A DNA stretch of 61,653 bases, filler included. It is 7 parts of 7 records of this genome, joined end to end, with 100 filler letters (N's around TTAATTAATTAA, not from the genome) between each part and the next. Parts side by side here need not be neighbours in the genome. Positions count along the whole stretch, not along the records: positions 53,853 to 61,653 come from SRR31156797_4612; 6 more parts are not named here. One strand, 5' to 3'. Numbering within the stretch: position 1 is the first letter of the stretch; every line of letters starts with the position of its first letter. Position numbers and translations under genes: made by a program. Below, piece by piece: positions 60,636 to 61,653 of the stretch. Below the pieces are notes generated by a model. The model saw only the letters and a program-made list of their open reading frames with translations, made no database searches and was not told the DNA's origin.

Positions 60636-61653
60636 GATCGTTCAAGAAAGAGCATGTCGTTACTCTATGCAATGCCCGGAGAAAGGTGCTGAACCTTTCC
60701 AGAGATCTGGGGTTTTCGCAAATTGGATCGGCGAGGATAGCTTCCGTCTTTTCCGATCTGGTCCTTACGGATGAGAACGATGTCATCCTTTCCGATGCGG
60801 AAGTGGTGCTGGGGAAAAAGAACGAATCGGATTGCCTGATCCTCAGGATCAATCCCTGTAATCTCGAAATGGGGGCAGCCGTAGCGGAGAGTTTTTTCTC
60901 CGGTTATGCGAAACAGGATCAGTCCGGGAAACCGCCGGGTCTTTCCGGATGGTTCTTTCTGCCCCGTCAGGAGGATCTATCCCCAAATATACTGGTGGCG
61001 AAATGGAGGAAGACCTTCGCCGAACCTTCCAGGGAATCACTTCTGCAGCGTCTTCAGAAGAACAACAGAGAGCTGGAGGACCATGCGGTCGACCTGAAAA
61101 AAGCCAAGGAGGAAGCGGAGCTGAAATCCGGTGAACTGAAAGACAGGCTGGATGATCTTTCCAACGCCCGCCGGGCCATGCTGAATATGATGGAGGATCT
61201 TGAAATCAGCAAAGCCGGTATGGCGGCTCTGATAGGAGCCTTTCCGGATGGCATCAACATTCTTTCAGAAGAAGGGATTTTTCAGAAGTCCTTTCTCGGA
61301 CAGAAGCAGGAACAATCTCTTTTCGCCAGCAATGACGGTCATTTCCATACGGATTTGATAGGAAAGAACATCAGGGACGTTCTGCCGAAAACGATAGCGG
61401 ATAGAATTCAGAAAGGGATCGATGCCTGTCTGAAGGGCAACCGGGTGGTATCGGTGGAGTACTCACTGCGGCAGAAGGGCGAAACCCGTTGGTACGATTC
61501 TCATTTTTCTCCCATGAAAACGACCGAAGGCGGTCGGGAACAGAGCCCCGTTGTGGCTGTGACCAGGGATATCACGGCTATGAGAAAGATGACGGAGGAG
61601 CTGGCCGTCGCCAAGGAGGAGGCCGAGACGGCGACGAAAGCCAAGGGGGACTT
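60623..61653 (+). CDS. Sensor histidine kinase with degenerate RsbT-like N-domain, coiled coil and PAS (3'-truncated; absent from the ORF track)
   Basis: MQILGS...ARRKVLNLSRDLGFSQIGSARIASVFSDL, coiled coil RRAMLNMMEDL, PAS ending TRDIT, then AKEEAETATKAKGD (pre-HisKA linker) at the window end. Confidence 0.85.
   Translation, partial: MQILGSFKKEHVVTLCNARRKVLNLSRDLGFSQIGSARIASVFSDLVLTDENDVILSDAEVVLGKKNESDCLILRINPCNLEMGAAVAESFFSGYAKQDQSGKPPGLSGWFFLPRQEDLSPNILVAKWRKTFAEPSRESLLQRLQKNNRELEDHAVDLKKAKEEAELKSGELKDRLDDLSNARRAMLNMMEDLEISKAGMAALIGAFPDGINILSEEGIFQKSFLGQKQEQSLFASNDGHFHTDLIGKNIRDVLPKTIADRIQKGIDACLKGNRVVSVEYSLRQKGETRWYDSHFSPMKTTEGGREQSPVVAVTRDITAMRKMTEELAVAKEEAETATKAKGD

Overview
This window is not one locus. 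It is seven unrelated contigs joined by artificial 100-nt spacers (N-run + TTAATTAATTAA + N-run), apparently from different organisms, so no synteny across gaps is meaningful. (1) 1-8582: AT-rich housekeeping region (purD, engB, SurA-like, parA, parB, amidase, pyrE, isocitrate/isopropylmalate-family dehydrogenase, metG, prmC). (2) 8683-17044: trailer end of a type I-F-like CRISPR array abutting a decayed livF, an AT-rich GT2 glycosyltransferase, and an operon of peptide ABC transporter + ATP-grasp ligase + N-formylglutamate amidohydrolase-family enzyme + FGE-sulfatase-domain protein. (3) 17145-25271: REP-flanked Cache-PAS-PAS histidine kinase and a sigma-54 operon of NuoE/NuoF/NuoG-N-like subunits plus a strongly degenerate HdrA. 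(4) 25372-34728: lysA/TrmB, an SDR-nucleoside hydrolase chimeric relic, a GntR-SDR-DeoC-like-FGGY kinase unit, an amidohydrolase, larB/larC. (5) 34829-45505: SNF2 helicase, ParE toxin pseudogene, ankyrin membrane protein, pduO, rubredoxin, small redox genes and an AT-rich diguanylate cyclase bracketed by 23-bp inverted repeats. (6) 45606-53752: Bacteroidota-type PUL (SusC, SusD, sulfatase, clan GH-A hydrolase). (7) 53853-61653: hybrid kinase, receiver, PAS protein and an RsbR/S/T/X stressosome whose RsbS lacks the canonical phospho-serine. Best candidates for undescribed systems: the ATP-grasp/amidohydrolase/peptide-ABC operon, the Cys-depleted HdrA-NuoEFG module, the atypical stressosome, the divergent DeoC-like pathway and the IR-bracketed cyclase. 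All calls come from motif recognition by eye; no database searches were run.
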